A stretch of DNA of 64,000 nt. Origin: Eukaryota sp. TZLM1-RC (Eukaryota > Protista > Metamonada: BaSk clade). Made by a program: the position numbers and the translations under genes. The DNA lies in assembly GCA_040285825.1 (NCBI GenBank), contig JAUPSS010000014.1, positions 252,337 to 316,336 on the forward strand, read 5' to 3'. Of this stretch, positions 21,961 to 33,598 are shown in pieces (within the stretch, counting starts at the first letter, position 1; the number at the start of each line of letters is the position of its first letter). Under the pieces are notes generated by a model that was given only the letters and a program-made list of their open reading frames with translations, was not told the origin of the DNA and searched no databases.

Positions 21961-24928
21961 TTTATTGAATTTGCACACTTGATTAAATTAAATCATAACT
22001 AATGGGACGACTATCATTAAACCAAGATTTCCTCTACAAAATCTTGATTTGCTTGCTGTCTAGCTAAAGCTTCTCTAATTCGATTGAAAAACCGCGGTAA
22101 TCTATTAATAATGGCAAATTGAATCCGTGAACGCCATAAAAAAATATCAAATCTTTTCATTGTTTTTTCTTTTACCATTTTTTGGAAGTCATCCAAAAAA
22201 GTTTCTGCTTCATCTGCTAATCTTCCATTTATCGAAAATGGGAAAGCAATAAAGACCAGCTGTGTATTTCTATCGACATTTGCATCTTCAATTTCTTTAT
22301 CATATTTTCTATGTTTTTCTTTTGCTTTAAAATCCAGAGCAGCCACAGGATTAAGTTTTCTTCTGTGAACCAAAGTATCGTTTGCAACATTACATGAGAC
22401 AAAGTCAACAATAGCTTCAGAATTATCAATCCAATCACAGTATACATCACCTCTATCATCAGAACCAAAATTATTCAGAGAAAGTGTTTCCTTCAGCAGG
22501 GGCTCTTTGATACACGATATCCTTGCAGTTTGTGCCATATTGAAAACAGTGTCTCTAACAGCATCATGTAATGAAGAACGATAAGTTATCAATTTAGAGC
22601 AATTCAGAGCATGGCGCAAAGTGAGTTGAGGTGAATTCGAACAAATACATTTTTCTTTTGATAATAATTGGTTAATGGGGATGTTCAAATATAATCTCAT
22701 TTTTGTTACAAATGCTTCATTAGTGGCACACAATTCAAATCTTCGTGGTACAATGGTTACAAAAAGTGAAGAATCTGACGCCTTGTTTTCACAAACACCC
22801 TTTCCAATAACAATGAGTGAAGATCTTGATTTAAAACAGCCGAGCTGCAAATATTATTATAAAGATCTTTTTCATACATTCCAGTCAATCTTTTCTGTAA
22901 TGTTCGAAGAGTGTACTTCAAATTTAAAACATTTTTTTCTGGAATATTGCCATTGAATGATTGGGGAAAACATCGACCCCATTTTTCTACATCAATTCTT
23001 GAAATTTCTTCATTTAATGCAAAAACAGTGGAACTTTGCGTTGTCATCAATCAATCTTCCCAATCTGCAAATCTTTCGGAAAACTCAAAGATTGCATTTC
23101 TGCATCCACCAACAAAAGCACACAAGGTAAGAATAGAAGCCTTCATCCACCCTAAACCACCATAATGTGGACTAAGGTAAGCATGATCTGGAATTTGAAA
23201 CATTTTACATCCCAGTAATTGAGACAGAACTTTTGCACGTAACTCATTAAACTTTTGAGCCAAAGGTCTAGTGATAAGAGGATTTGTAGATCGAAATATA
23301 TGATTAAAATTGGAACTAAAACACAGTCTGATAATGGTAAATTTGATGTGTTTTTTTATATCTAAATTCATCATTCGGTCAATTTTGTCAGAAATTGAGT
23401 TCAACTTTTCAAACAATTTTTTGGTAATTTCATCATTATTTCCTAAAAACGAACCCAAATGACGAATAGCATCAATTGAATATAATTTGGCTTGAATTTC
23501 AATATCATCAATTATTGTGGAAACTGGAGAATTCGATAACAAAACACATTTAAGTAAATTAAGTCGGAGACCAATTTTGGTAAATAATTCTTTAAAACAT
23601 ACAGTTGCTTTTTTCACAATATTTAAATCACCAATAAGCACAACATCATCCATATATGCAATCATTTTTAGTGAAGGAAACATCTCTTGAATTTGAATTA
23701 GAATAGGATGAATGGCCAAACAAAACAAAAGAGGTCCTAGCGGATCTCCTTGCTTTACGCCACTTGATGAACTCAAAATGTTGTTACCAAAATGTAAATT
23801 AGAATATGTGCAATATGTTGATTGAAAATATGGTATTAATTCCGGCATATATTGCAATAGAGCACCATGGATACTGCGACGACTTAGTGAATTCAAAGCA
23901 TTACTAAAATCCAATGACATGCATACATTGGATTCATTTTGACGAAATAAGACATCAGTAGCAAAAATCGCTGAAGAGACTCCATCTGTAGTATTTATAC
24001 CATATTGAAAGGGTAATAAAATCTTTTTAGCTTTTTCATTGAACCTGCTTAAGCAACACGCAGAAAAAATATTGTGTAAGCTCTCAGAGACTGCAATAGG
24101 ACGAACATCCATTTTTGAATTTTTGACAAGTGCATTCAAACGAGAACTTCTTAATTCTTCTGGGTATTTGCGTTGACCAGATAATGTTTGGTTGAAAAAT
24201 TTAGTCAATAAACCAAGGCAATCTTCTGAAGAAATAATCGCGGCTTTTACAGGATCAATAGTAATACCAGAAAGTCCGGCAGACTTACCACGAGGTCTCT
24301 TTTTGATAACCGAAAAAACTTCTGATGGCATCAATGGATAATTTTCCCAGTATGTGCCGTAAAAATTTTGATCCATTATAGGGTCTTCATAAGGATGAAG
24401 TATTTTCAGTTTATGTATTGTATTTTCATTGTTCGGTGCTTTGACTCCGGGACTTAAAGCTGACAAGGCCTTGGACCAGTTGTTGTCAAAGCATTTGTCT
24501 TCAAAATTTTACTTAATTTCTCGGATGATTGATTTCTCGGTGCTATATAAGTTAAATCTTCGGAAATATTAATAAAATTTTGTTCAAAAGGAGGACAAAA
24601 AGAACCAAAAAATTCCCAAATAATATTGATAGCATACTTTCCTTTACATAATTAATCCAAAAATCTTTGAAAAACGAAAGCAAATTCATTGCATTTGGTC
24701 GGATGAATTTCTTGAGGTATTCTTATAGGAGGATGGTAGTTATCAACTATGCGGCATTTCAAGCAGCGGTCAGAAGTTTTTCCTTTTGCATTTTTTCTAA
24801 AAGAAATACCACAAGTGTTGCAAGTTTTGTGCTTTAATCGGTTGCCAACTGGTTTTGCAACAATTTGTGGAGCATTATTTATGGGTTCTAATTGCTAGAC
24901 ACAATTACGATAATACATTTTTGATCGA
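21961..24928 (-). mobile_element. CRE-like family A, long copy (RT + RLE), with an older decayed 5' part
   Basis: RT motifs (VRPIAV, QYG, LDFSNA, GVKQGDPLGP, AYMDD) in 23051-24466; RLE ORF 22017-22850; upstream remnant with CNTC..CLKC zinc finger at ~24750-24830 (5' boundary approximate). Confidence 0.9.
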
Positions 24929-24936
24929 ACCTGGTC

Positions 24937-25445
24937 GATAGATAGAGGTGATGTATAATGTGATTGGATTGATAATTCTAAAGCTATTGTTGACTTTGTC
25001 TCATGTAATGTTGCAAATGATACTTTGGTTCACAGAAGAAAACTTAATCCTGCGAGTGCTCTTGATTTTAAAGCAAAAGGAAAACATAGAAAATAAGATA
25101 AAGATATTGAGGAGGCTAATGTCGATAGAAATACACAGCTGGTTTTTATTGCTTTCCCATTTTCGATAAATGGAAGATTATCAGATGAAGCAGAAACTGT
25201 TTTGAATGACTTCCAAAAAAATGATTCAAGAAAAAACAATGAAAAGATTTGATATTTTTTATGGGGTTCTGGGATTCAATTTTCCATTATTAATAGATTA
25301 CCTCGGTTTTTCAATCGAATAAGAGAAGCTTTAACTAGACAGCAAGCAGATCAAGATTTTTTAGACGAAATCTTGGTTCAATGATAGTCGTCCCATTAGT
25401 TATGAGTTTATTTGTTTAAGTGTGAATGTTCAATAAATATAAAGT
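24937..25445 (+). mobile_element. CRE-like family A 3' fragment
   Basis: Family A C-terminus and 3'UTR; TSD ACCTGGTC at 24929-24936 and 25446-25453. Confidence 0.85.
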
Positions 25446-25830
25446 ACCTGGTCCATTCAATAATTATTTCTTGATTTTTAACTGTTTTGAAAAGTTGTTT
25501 CCTTACATACCTAAGTAGTTGTTGGACTTCAAGATCAACAATTCAACTGCTTGCACCAAAGTCATTTCTACAATGTGATTGAAATTCACCACTGTCGTTA
25601 GACAGAAGTGGAAGTTGAGGGTTGAAGTTTTTGTGTAACATTTCCTTTTTACAGCAGTATTCATAAAGAATTTTATAAATTTAGACAGATAAAACAATCT
25701 AGGATCAGATTGTTTATTCAAAAAGTTGAAAAACTCTGTTGATGAAAAGCTAAAAATGAACATAGAATTAGAGTCAATTTATAATTATTTTTCCCAATCG
25801 CATATCCTTGGGTCTTTCCTTAGTCTTATT

Positions 25831-26847
25831 ATGGATAATCTTATTAATATTGATGGCTCCACAACCCTTGGGTATCGTTACAAGATGCCTCCGATTGAAT
25901 CCAAGGTCGAGGGTCGTGGTAATGGTATCAAGACCGTTATTCCCAATATCGACGTTGTTGCAAAATCCCTCAAAGTTGATCCTGCTTTTTGCGTCAGGTG
26001 GTTAGGAATGGAACTTGGAGCTCAGTCGACTTGGAATGAAGTAACCCGTCATGCAGTCGTCAATGGTGCTCACGACGCTTCTATGCTCCAGTCTACACTT
26101 CAGGGATTCATCAACAGGTTCGTTCTATGTCCCAGATGTCGTCTTCCAGAACTGAACATGGGTGTCCAAAAGAAAGACATTATGTTTGATTGTAGGGCTT
26201 GTGGTGTCAACACAAAATGCTCCACAAAGCACAAAATTGTCTCCTTTATCAAGAAGGTCCTGACCTCTACTCGTAAGGATACAGAAGAAGGACCAGTTCT
26301 TGACGCAGAGCTCGAAGCCAGACTCGACCGAGCCGAAGCTGCTGTTCCCTCTTCTCATGTCAAGACGGAAGAAGAATTCCTTGAAGAAAACATTGAAAAG
26401 GTGCGTAATTTTATCAACGATGGACACACTGCTGATGAAGTTTTAGAACATATTCGCCTCATTTGCGTTGCTGCTGAATATGACGATTCTCAACGGTATC
26501 TTCTCATATTCTTTACTGTTCTCACTATGGAGAAGGACGATCCTCTCGCCAGTGCTCAGAAGCATTTGCCTATATTAGCTGGTGCTTTCCACGAACTCAA
26601 AGGTCAAGTTTTGTTTTTGAAACTTTTGGGTAAGTTTTTCACTGTTTTTTCCACTCTCCGTGATCAATATTTCCTTCACTTACTGGGATATCTCTATAAT
26701 GAAGATTTTCTCGAAGAAGATGTTATACTAGCTTGGTATGATCAAAACCCAGGCAGGCCTCTCAGGGCTGCTTCAAAGCCATTCATAGATTGGCTAAGAT
26801 CGGCTGAGACTGAAAGTGAAGACAGTAGTGAAGAAGAAAGTGATTAA
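25831..26847 (+). CDS. EIF5: Translation initiation factor eIF5
   Basis: YRYKMP..KVEGRGNGIKT, ELGAQS, VNGAHD, zinc ribbon CPRC..CRACG, C-terminal W2 domain (LYNEDFLEED..W..PFIDWL..AETES); likely ATG at 25831. Confidence 0.95.
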   Translation: MDNLINIDGSTTLGYRYKMPPIESKVEGRGNGIKTVIPNIDVVAKSLKVDPAFCVRWLGMELGAQSTWNEVTRHAVVNGAHDASMLQSTLQGFINRFVLCPRCRLPELNMGVQKKDIMFDCRACGVNTKCSTKHKIVSFIKKVLTSTRKDTEEGPVLDAELEARLDRAEAAVPSSHVKTEEEFLEENIEKVRNFINDGHTADEVLEHIRLICVAAEYDDSQRYLLIFFTVLTMEKDDPLASAQKHLPILAGAFHELKGQVLFLKLLGKFFTVFSTLRDQYFLHLLGYLYNEDFLEEDVILAWYDQNPGRPLRAASKPFIDWLRSAETESEDSSEEESD

Positions 26848-27143
26848 GAGTGGTTGTTAAATGTTTAGTTTTTAAATGTGTTTTTGATAATTTTATAAAA
26901 AATCAGATTTATTTTGAATATAAATTTTTTATGATGTTTGAATTAATGTTGACTCTAGACCAGAAACAATACCTGCAGCTCCCTTTTATCTCTGCGTGAG
27001 GCTCCAGAAATCTGGAAGACACTTGATCTTCCCTAACTACCAAGGATTTACTAACAGCATTTTGGATAGTTGTTCAAGATCATGATCATGCAGTACTTTT
27101 TGTAGGGCATCTTTTAGTAGGAGTCTTGATACCTTTTTCCACA

Positions 27144-27410
27144 ATGTCTGAACCCTTGTCACCAGAAACGCCATCACCTGACGTTGAATCAGAACAGTTC
27201 AATGACTTCATTATGATACGGTCTCTTGACGGAGAAGAGTTTGTGGTACCAAAATACGTTGCTCAGCAGAGTGGCTTGTTGAGAAGAATGATTGAAGGTG
27301 ATTTTAGAGAAGCAGCAAGCGTCATTAGGCTTCCACAATCAAAAGATTGATTGAAATGATTGCTCATCAATTTGAGTATAATTGGTTTTATGAAATTGTA
27401 GGCAAAATAG
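27144..27410 (+). pseudogene. Elongin C/Skp1-like POZ gene, frameshifted
   Basis: IRSLDGEEFVVPKYVAQQSGLLRRMIEGDFREA; continues in another frame as LIEMIAHQFEYN; no intact C-terminus seen. Confidence 0.55.
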
Positions 27411-27489
27411 ACACTGTTTAATATGTTGAAACTAAAATTATATTGAATGACAACACTTAATAAAATTGAATCAGAACTAATGCAATTAA

Positions 27490-28112
27490 AGGAACCAAGA
27501 TTTCCTCTACAAAATCCTCATCTGCATGTTTTCTCGAATGCTTCTCTTATTTGATAAAATAAATGAAGTAATCTATTAACTATAACAAAGTGAATTCGTG
27601 GCCGCTACAAAAAGACATCAAATCTCTTCGTTGTTTTTTGAACCAATTTATGGAAATCACTCAAAAAATTCCATGCTTCTACTGAAAGACTTCGGTGTAG
27701 AGAAACTGGAGAATCAATAACAACAAGTGGTCTGCTGTTATCAGTATAAGTTTCCTCAATACCTTTGTCAATTTTTTTTACTTATTTTATTCAACAGAAA
27801 TTATTAAAAACTAAAAATCAATTTCCTCAAAATCCACACCTTTGTCAATTTGTCTAGGTTCTATATTCGCTTGATATTCAAGAGCTTTCAGAGGATTAAT
27901 TTTCCTTCTTTGAACCAAAGAATCATTTGCAACAATCGAGGAAAAAATCAACAATAACTTCAGAGTTATCAATCCAATCACAATAAAGATCACCTCTGTC
28001 ATCAGAACCAAACTTGTTTAATGACAGTGTTTCTCAAAGCAAAAGCTCTTTAATACATGAGATTCTGGCATTTCTTGCCAAATTAGAAACTGTGTTGCTG
28101 ATACCATCATTT
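27490..28112 (-). mobile_element. Decayed CRE-like (family A-related) 3' fragments
   Basis: Remnants such as NDSLVQRRKINPLKALEY, GSDDRGD and ..FVEEILV-like ends. Confidence 0.7.
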
Positions 28113-28809
28113 CATGGGGTCACTAGAGCGGCTAATGTGGAAAATTTTGCTCAAAATGAAATAGAGAACAGAAATAGATTGACAAATTTTGAAATTTGTA
28201 AAACTTTATTTCCAAACTTCACATGACCAATTTCAGATAAGAATTGATATATTTATGGTGTGTAAAGTGCTTATCATTACTGAATATTTTCCTATTAAAC
28301 TGAGCAAATATGAACTCCAAGACTCATTATGTTTGTAACTAATTCATTCTTGAATGTATAACCTACTGCTAAGTACTTTATCGATAAAACAATTGCAAGG
28401 AAATGCCAGATGTATTAAAACTGTTGATGTCAATCTGGACCAATAACATTGTGGAAAATTTTTTGAGAATTTTTGTATGAATAATTTCCCTCCAAAGTTT
28501 TTGCAAAAAGAATAATTGCTGATGGCTGCATTTCATAGAGGAAAAGATTACTCATTACAAAGTCTACAATGAAAACCCTCAGTGAAATGATAGCATCTTA
28601 AGCTCTCAATTGCTCCTACAACATCTATTCTCATAAAGAATCTCGTATTTGGTTGATTAATAGAGTAGAATGATAGAAACACACCATGTGCAGTGCTGTG
28701 AAAATGTTGCAAGCTCAGTATTTCAGGTTGATTGCTTATAAGAACAAATGTATTTTCTGGTATTAATGTAAATGAATTTCAACTGTGAACATTTCATAAC
28801 ATTTAGAAC

Positions 28810-29455
28810 AAAAGTACAAAATAACGTCAGGGACCAAATTTATGTAATGTTTTTATCATATCGAGTAAATTCCTTTTTAGAGCCTTTGTTATCAAAATAA
28901 ATTCTTAATGACCCCAATATTGATAGTAAGGGTTACAACAGGGCATCTATGGGTCTGACAAAAGGTGATTTGGTTGTTCTCAGCGTAGAAAATAGTTTTA
29001 TTATTTTAGATGCCATGTCCATAGACCCTTGTAGTTCTTCTAATGACATTTCATTAATTCAGATGTCAATAACCCTCTTCTTGCTGGCGAAAAATACAAA
29101 ATTGCTAAATGAGCGAAACCCATTTCCTCTGTGAATTAAAATTCTTATGCCCAATATAGGTCCCTTTGTTGTTTCCTTGCTCGGATCTTCAGGAAAAACT
29201 GCTATGGCTTTCCTCGAGGATTTTGATGTAGTTGTAAGGAAAAGAACTGGAATAAATTTCAATCGTGTTTACTGGCAAAACAGGATGGTATTTTCTATTT
29301 TTATGATAATGGTAAAAATAGTTTCTGATTCACTCTCTTCTTTTGGGAAATTTCTGAATCCTTAGCAATTAATTGTTTTGATGTAGGGGATAGAAATTGT
29401 GAGGATGTGGAGCTTTGGTGGTTTATTTCATGATTTCATATTCCTTATTGGATAA
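28810..29455 (+). mobile_element. CRE-like family C 3' fragment
   Basis: Aligns with 55320-56120 (GDLVV..ILDAMSID, RVYWQNR). Confidence 0.8.
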
Positions 29456-29689
29456 AGAAAATGACAATATTTCAAAAAAATTATTTAAAATGGAGTAAAA
29501 ATTGTTTAAACTCTAAAATTGTCACAAAAACACTACTGACCACTACCAATACTGGTCACTAGATGCACTTGTTTGTTTGAGATTTGATTCACTGAACATC
29601 AAAATTAATTGATCAAATACTCTATGTCAAAGAAAATGTGTTAGCTCAAAAAAATGTGTCGGAAAATGTGTCGGCAATTAGAAAAGTGT

Positions 29690-30110
29690 GCATTTATAGA
29701 GGTTGATTGTACTTGATCATTTTGGTCTCCTCAGTTGTATCTAATGGTGAATTATAAGATAGTGTCAATCATTTGAAGAATTCTAATCCTATTTTCTGTG
29801 GTTAACAGTTGACTTAATAATTGATCCCTCAAAGCATAGAACCAACTAATTTCGATCAGTATCACCAAAAAGAAGCACTGTCTAAGGTATCAGCCATCAT
29901 TGAAAAATGAGGTTCTAAGAACGATTCAATTTTCTTTCCATTAGCATCAGAGTTGATCATGGACTATATCATAAAATTTTGATCTAAAGGTTATTTGATT
30001 TCAAGCTGTAATTGGCAATTGAATAATTTGGTTGGAGTGACCATTTCACCGCACATACAAGTTAATACGCGACCTTACATAGTTGCACCAATAAAGAACT
30101 CCAAACAATT
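29690..30110 (-). mobile_element. Highly decayed CRE-like RLE fragment
   Basis: Minus-strand remnants VHDQL, KIESFLEP and KMIKYNQPL match families B/D. Confidence 0.45.
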
Positions 30111-30150
30111 ACAGAAATTTTCATTGTATTTATTTACAAAAATTCAAAAG

Positions 30151-32439
30151 CTAATGGTAAAAAGCATCTTTATCTAAATAATCACTCAAAATTTCAACCA
30201 AATCTCTTTCAGCAGAATACTGAATCCACCAAGGAAAACCAGATAATTCAACTAAATATTCATTCTTGATTAGTTTAACACATTTAATTAAACCGTGATT
30301 AATAAGTTTTTTTGGAGATAGGGGAGAATTGAAATAATTGAATTTATACGGTTTAATCAACTGAATGAATTTCAGATAAGGAAAGTTTTGTTCAGTGATA
30401 TTGGTAGGAAGGGTGTCATGAATTATCAATTCTTTAATGTTTAGTAAATGTACTTTAATCTTAACAGGATACTTCAAAAATACTTCCAATCTAACAATGG
30501 ATTGAGATAGTTGTCTCTTTAATAATCTTTCTGAAACCACATCAGATAGAACCACCAATTCGTTTAATGAGGTAAGATGGCTTAAATCACAAACTTGAAT
30601 GTAATCATCCTTGAGTACTAACTTCACTAGTGAAGGGGGTAATTGTTCTATATTGAAAGGATAATCAAGCTCTAGACATTTCAGATTTGATAAATGTGTC
30701 AAGTTTATAGCAAACTCGTCACCTGATCTTGACTCTCCACCAAGCTTGACAACCTCAACATTTGGGAAAAAGGACAGTAATTGTGGATCATAATCAACTT
30801 CATCAAAGTAAACATCAAGTTTTTTAATTCTAGTATTAATTACTTTGGGACCTTTATAATCATTAGTTAATCGTAATTGTAAATCACAAATATTATCCTT
30901 TAAATTTAAATTTTGAGGATTTTTTAAAAACATCACGTTTTGAATTGAATGAACACTAAACTCTTCTTGAGCAAATTGAGCTACCCTTTTACTAATACCA
31001 CATTTGGTGTATAATCTTGCTTTAACATACGGATTATTACCAAAGAGATTTTGCAAATAATTTAAATATTCCCAATAAACAAGCTTAATTAGACCACTGA
31101 ACATTCTATCCAAAGGTCGTTTTGGATAATGAAAACTGCCAAGTATTTCAGATCCAAATAACTTGACGGGTTGTGGTCGATCAATCAAATCACCTGTACC
31201 TAATTGACCTTTATCGTTCCTTCCCCAAGCCCAAACAGTGTTTTTGTTGTAGGCAAAAAGAAAGTCATGACCGACAGAAATACCTTCTATATTAGTTAAA
31301 CCATCGATACATATTGGTTCATCTTTGAAAAGTTGTTGCAAAATACTTATTCTACTCAAATCACCCCAAACAAAAACTTTACCATTATTATCAATGACAG
31401 CATAAACACCCTCAGAACCACTAATAGAAACAATATTACTCAACCCTGAAACTTTGGTGGGTTTGTTATTGAAAGGATCATCACATTTGAACCCGCAAAC
31501 TTCACCACTGGCATTAATGACAAACATTTGGTCAGCAACTAAGTCACATTGTCGTAAAGGATTTGTACAATTTGAAGACAAATAGGGATAATCACAAGAA
31601 ATGAAAAACTTAGACAAAGAATATCTATTTCTATAATAGAAATCACCAATTCCATCAATTGCCACAAAAGAATCATCAGAAACAGAAATAGAAACAATAT
31701 TAGTTAATTCTTTAATTATTTCAAATGATTTACCATCTCCCCATTTAACAACTTGACCGTCTTGTGTCAAAGCAACAGTACCGATACGAGCACAGTAAAC
31801 TTCCTTAATAATATAAGGAATTTTTATCAAAGTAATTGGCAATGTGACTCTCTTTGACATGTTAATCTGCTGATCACCATTACGCCCCCAACCATACAAC
31901 TTACCTTCAGAAGAGAGGGCAAGGGAATGGCAATCACCAGCTGAAATGGTTACAATATTAGTTAATGGCAGTTTGATTGGTGAAATTAATTTGATTATTG
32001 TGGCCCCATTACAAAGAACTTGACCTTCTTCATTATCCCCCCAACCATAAACCTCACCAGAATAAGTGAGAAGAAGTGTATGTCTAAAGCTGTTGGAGAT
32101 GCATTTAACTCCTGCCTTGCGATCGATCGGAGTAGCTGACCACTCCTTATTGAAATGCGATCGATCGGTAGTGGTCCGGACAGAAGAAAATGAGGAAACT
32201 TGGCTTGTCTCTGTGCAGATAGGTAAGTTGTGTTGGTCTTGATCGATAGTGCTTGATCCAAGTGCAATTGAGGGATTGTGAGATGGTTGTAGATAGCTGA
32301 CGAAGAAAGGATATGGACCTGATTCGGGTAAAGTTGGAGAATTTTCTCCATTGTCAATATGATTACGTTGGCAGGACCGTTTCCAAGGAGGAGAGGACGC
32401 AACACCCCCAGGAGAATACCGCTCACCAGCATCAGACAT
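30151..32439 (-). CDS. RCC1-repeat beta-propeller protein with C-terminal LRR/FNIP-like region
   Basis: Repeated H(T/S)L.L...G.(V/L)YGWG.N..GQ and WAWGRNDKGQLGTGD motifs; LPPSLVKL-type C-terminal repeats; paralogue at 42968-45217. Confidence 0.85.
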   Translation of the reverse strand: MSDAGERYSPGGVASSPPWKRSCQRNHIDNGENSPTLPESGPYPFFVSYLQPSHNPSIALGSSTIDQDQHNLPICTETSQVSSFSSVRTTTDRSHFNKEWSATPIDRKAGVKCISNSFRHTLLLTYSGEVYGWGDNEEGQVLCNGATIIKLISPIKLPLTNIVTISAGDCHSLALSSEGKLYGWGRNGDQQINMSKRVTLPITLIKIPYIIKEVYCARIGTVALTQDGQVVKWGDGKSFEIIKELTNIVSISVSDDSFVAIDGIGDFYYRNRYSLSKFFISCDYPYLSSNCTNPLRQCDLVADQMFVINASGEVCGFKCDDPFNNKPTKVSGLSNIVSISGSEGVYAVIDNNGKVFVWGDLSRISILQQLFKDEPICIDGLTNIEGISVGHDFLFAYNKNTVWAWGRNDKGQLGTGDLIDRPQPVKLFGSEILGSFHYPKRPLDRMFSGLIKLVYWEYLNYLQNLFGNNPYVKARLYTKCGISKRVAQFAQEEFSVHSIQNVMFLKNPQNLNLKDNICDLQLRLTNDYKGPKVINTRIKKLDVYFDEVDYDPQLLSFFPNVEVVKLGGESRSGDEFAINLTHLSNLKCLELDYPFNIEQLPPSLVKLVLKDDYIQVCDLSHLTSLNELVVLSDVVSERLLKRQLSQSIVRLEVFLKYPVKIKVHLLNIKELIIHDTLPTNITEQNFPYLKFIQLIKPYKFNYFNSPLSPKKLINHGLIKCVKLIKNEYLVELSGFPWWIQYSAERDLVEILSDYLDKDAFYH

Positions 32440-32932
32440 TGTTTGTTGGAATGTTTCAAAAAAGATCTCATTAAATCAACTTTTACATTTTTACAAATAC
32501 TCAATTAATTTAAATTTTTTTAATTATTAATTTTATTAAAAACCTATCAATCAACATCTAAATAATCCATCTCTCCCAAAACAAAAACACTAGATGCAAC
32601 TCTCTCATAGTGAGATTCAAGAGAAAGCAAAGCATCAGAAACCATCTTCAACATCCCTTAATAGAAAACACAATTCTATTTTGCCAAAACAATCTATTGA
32701 AATTTCTGTTAGTTCTTCACTTTACAATCATTCCAAAATCTTCCGAAAAACGTATAGCCGTTGGAGGAAGTAAACCAAAAAGAGAAAATACAAATGGATA
32801 CAAATTGTATTTTGCATGCTGTTGACTGGCCAATTTGGACAAAGGTTCATTGTATTTTTTGACTTAGAAACTTTCAGCATTTGAAAGAATATTATGAATT
32901 TCAGAAGCAGCAAGCCTTTCATTTGAGGCATT

Positions 32933-33073
32933 TGTTGTTGTTGAACTCAAATTGAATCAGTAGGTTTCTTTGTATTTCGACTGATGACGTGATACTCGTT
33001 TATGAATCAGTTTTATTAATAAACGCAGATTTCTCTCTCTCCCCTTCGTGTGTTCATCTGCCTAACGGCATCA
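32933..33073 (+). mobile_element. Solo LTR, subfamily related to the gag-only element LTR
   Basis: TGTTGTTGTT...CTGCCTAACGGCATCA termini; 141 bp; CATT TSD at 32929-32932 and 33074-33077. Confidence 0.88.
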
Positions 33074-33598
33074 CATTATGAGGATCAACAGACATTACAT
33101 CCAATAAAATGAAGGTTCCAGGAAATCCACGTAATATGAAATCGCCTCTATTATTCTTATGAAAATCATCTTCAGTATCAAACAGATTTGACAACAGAGG
33201 TTCCAAAAAAGATTCAATTCTATGAGACTTGCACATGCAATATAATTGGTCTGATATAGCATCGTGAACCTTGCTTCTAAAAGTAATAAATTGTTTACAA
33301 TTTCACAAATGGGTAATTGAAATTTTTCGAGAACATTTACAAATTAAATTATGAGGTAAATTATCAGGCCAGATGAAGGAACGAAATCTCATATTCAAAT
33401 TCCAAGCAGAATCAGTTAAGAGAGTACCATAAACTTGAGGGATTGTTGTTACTAAGGCAGAAGAAGTACTATCACACATATTTTGTAAAAGATTTGCAAA
33501 AGCGGGATTCTTTTTCTTGGCCAAGCCAAGTCTAACATCAAAATCCAAGCTTTCAAAAATCTTTGACAATTTTTGTTGAAGCTTTTTACAGCAAAACT

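Noticed and set aside
21453-21961. tRNA-targeted insertion of the CRE element
   Set aside because: It is about 435 bp away, and no other copy in the window lies near a tRNA.
10686-24945. Two family A fragments truncated at nearly the same base (GATAGAGG)
   Set aside because: Two cases are too few to claim a truncation hotspot; other copies end elsewhere.
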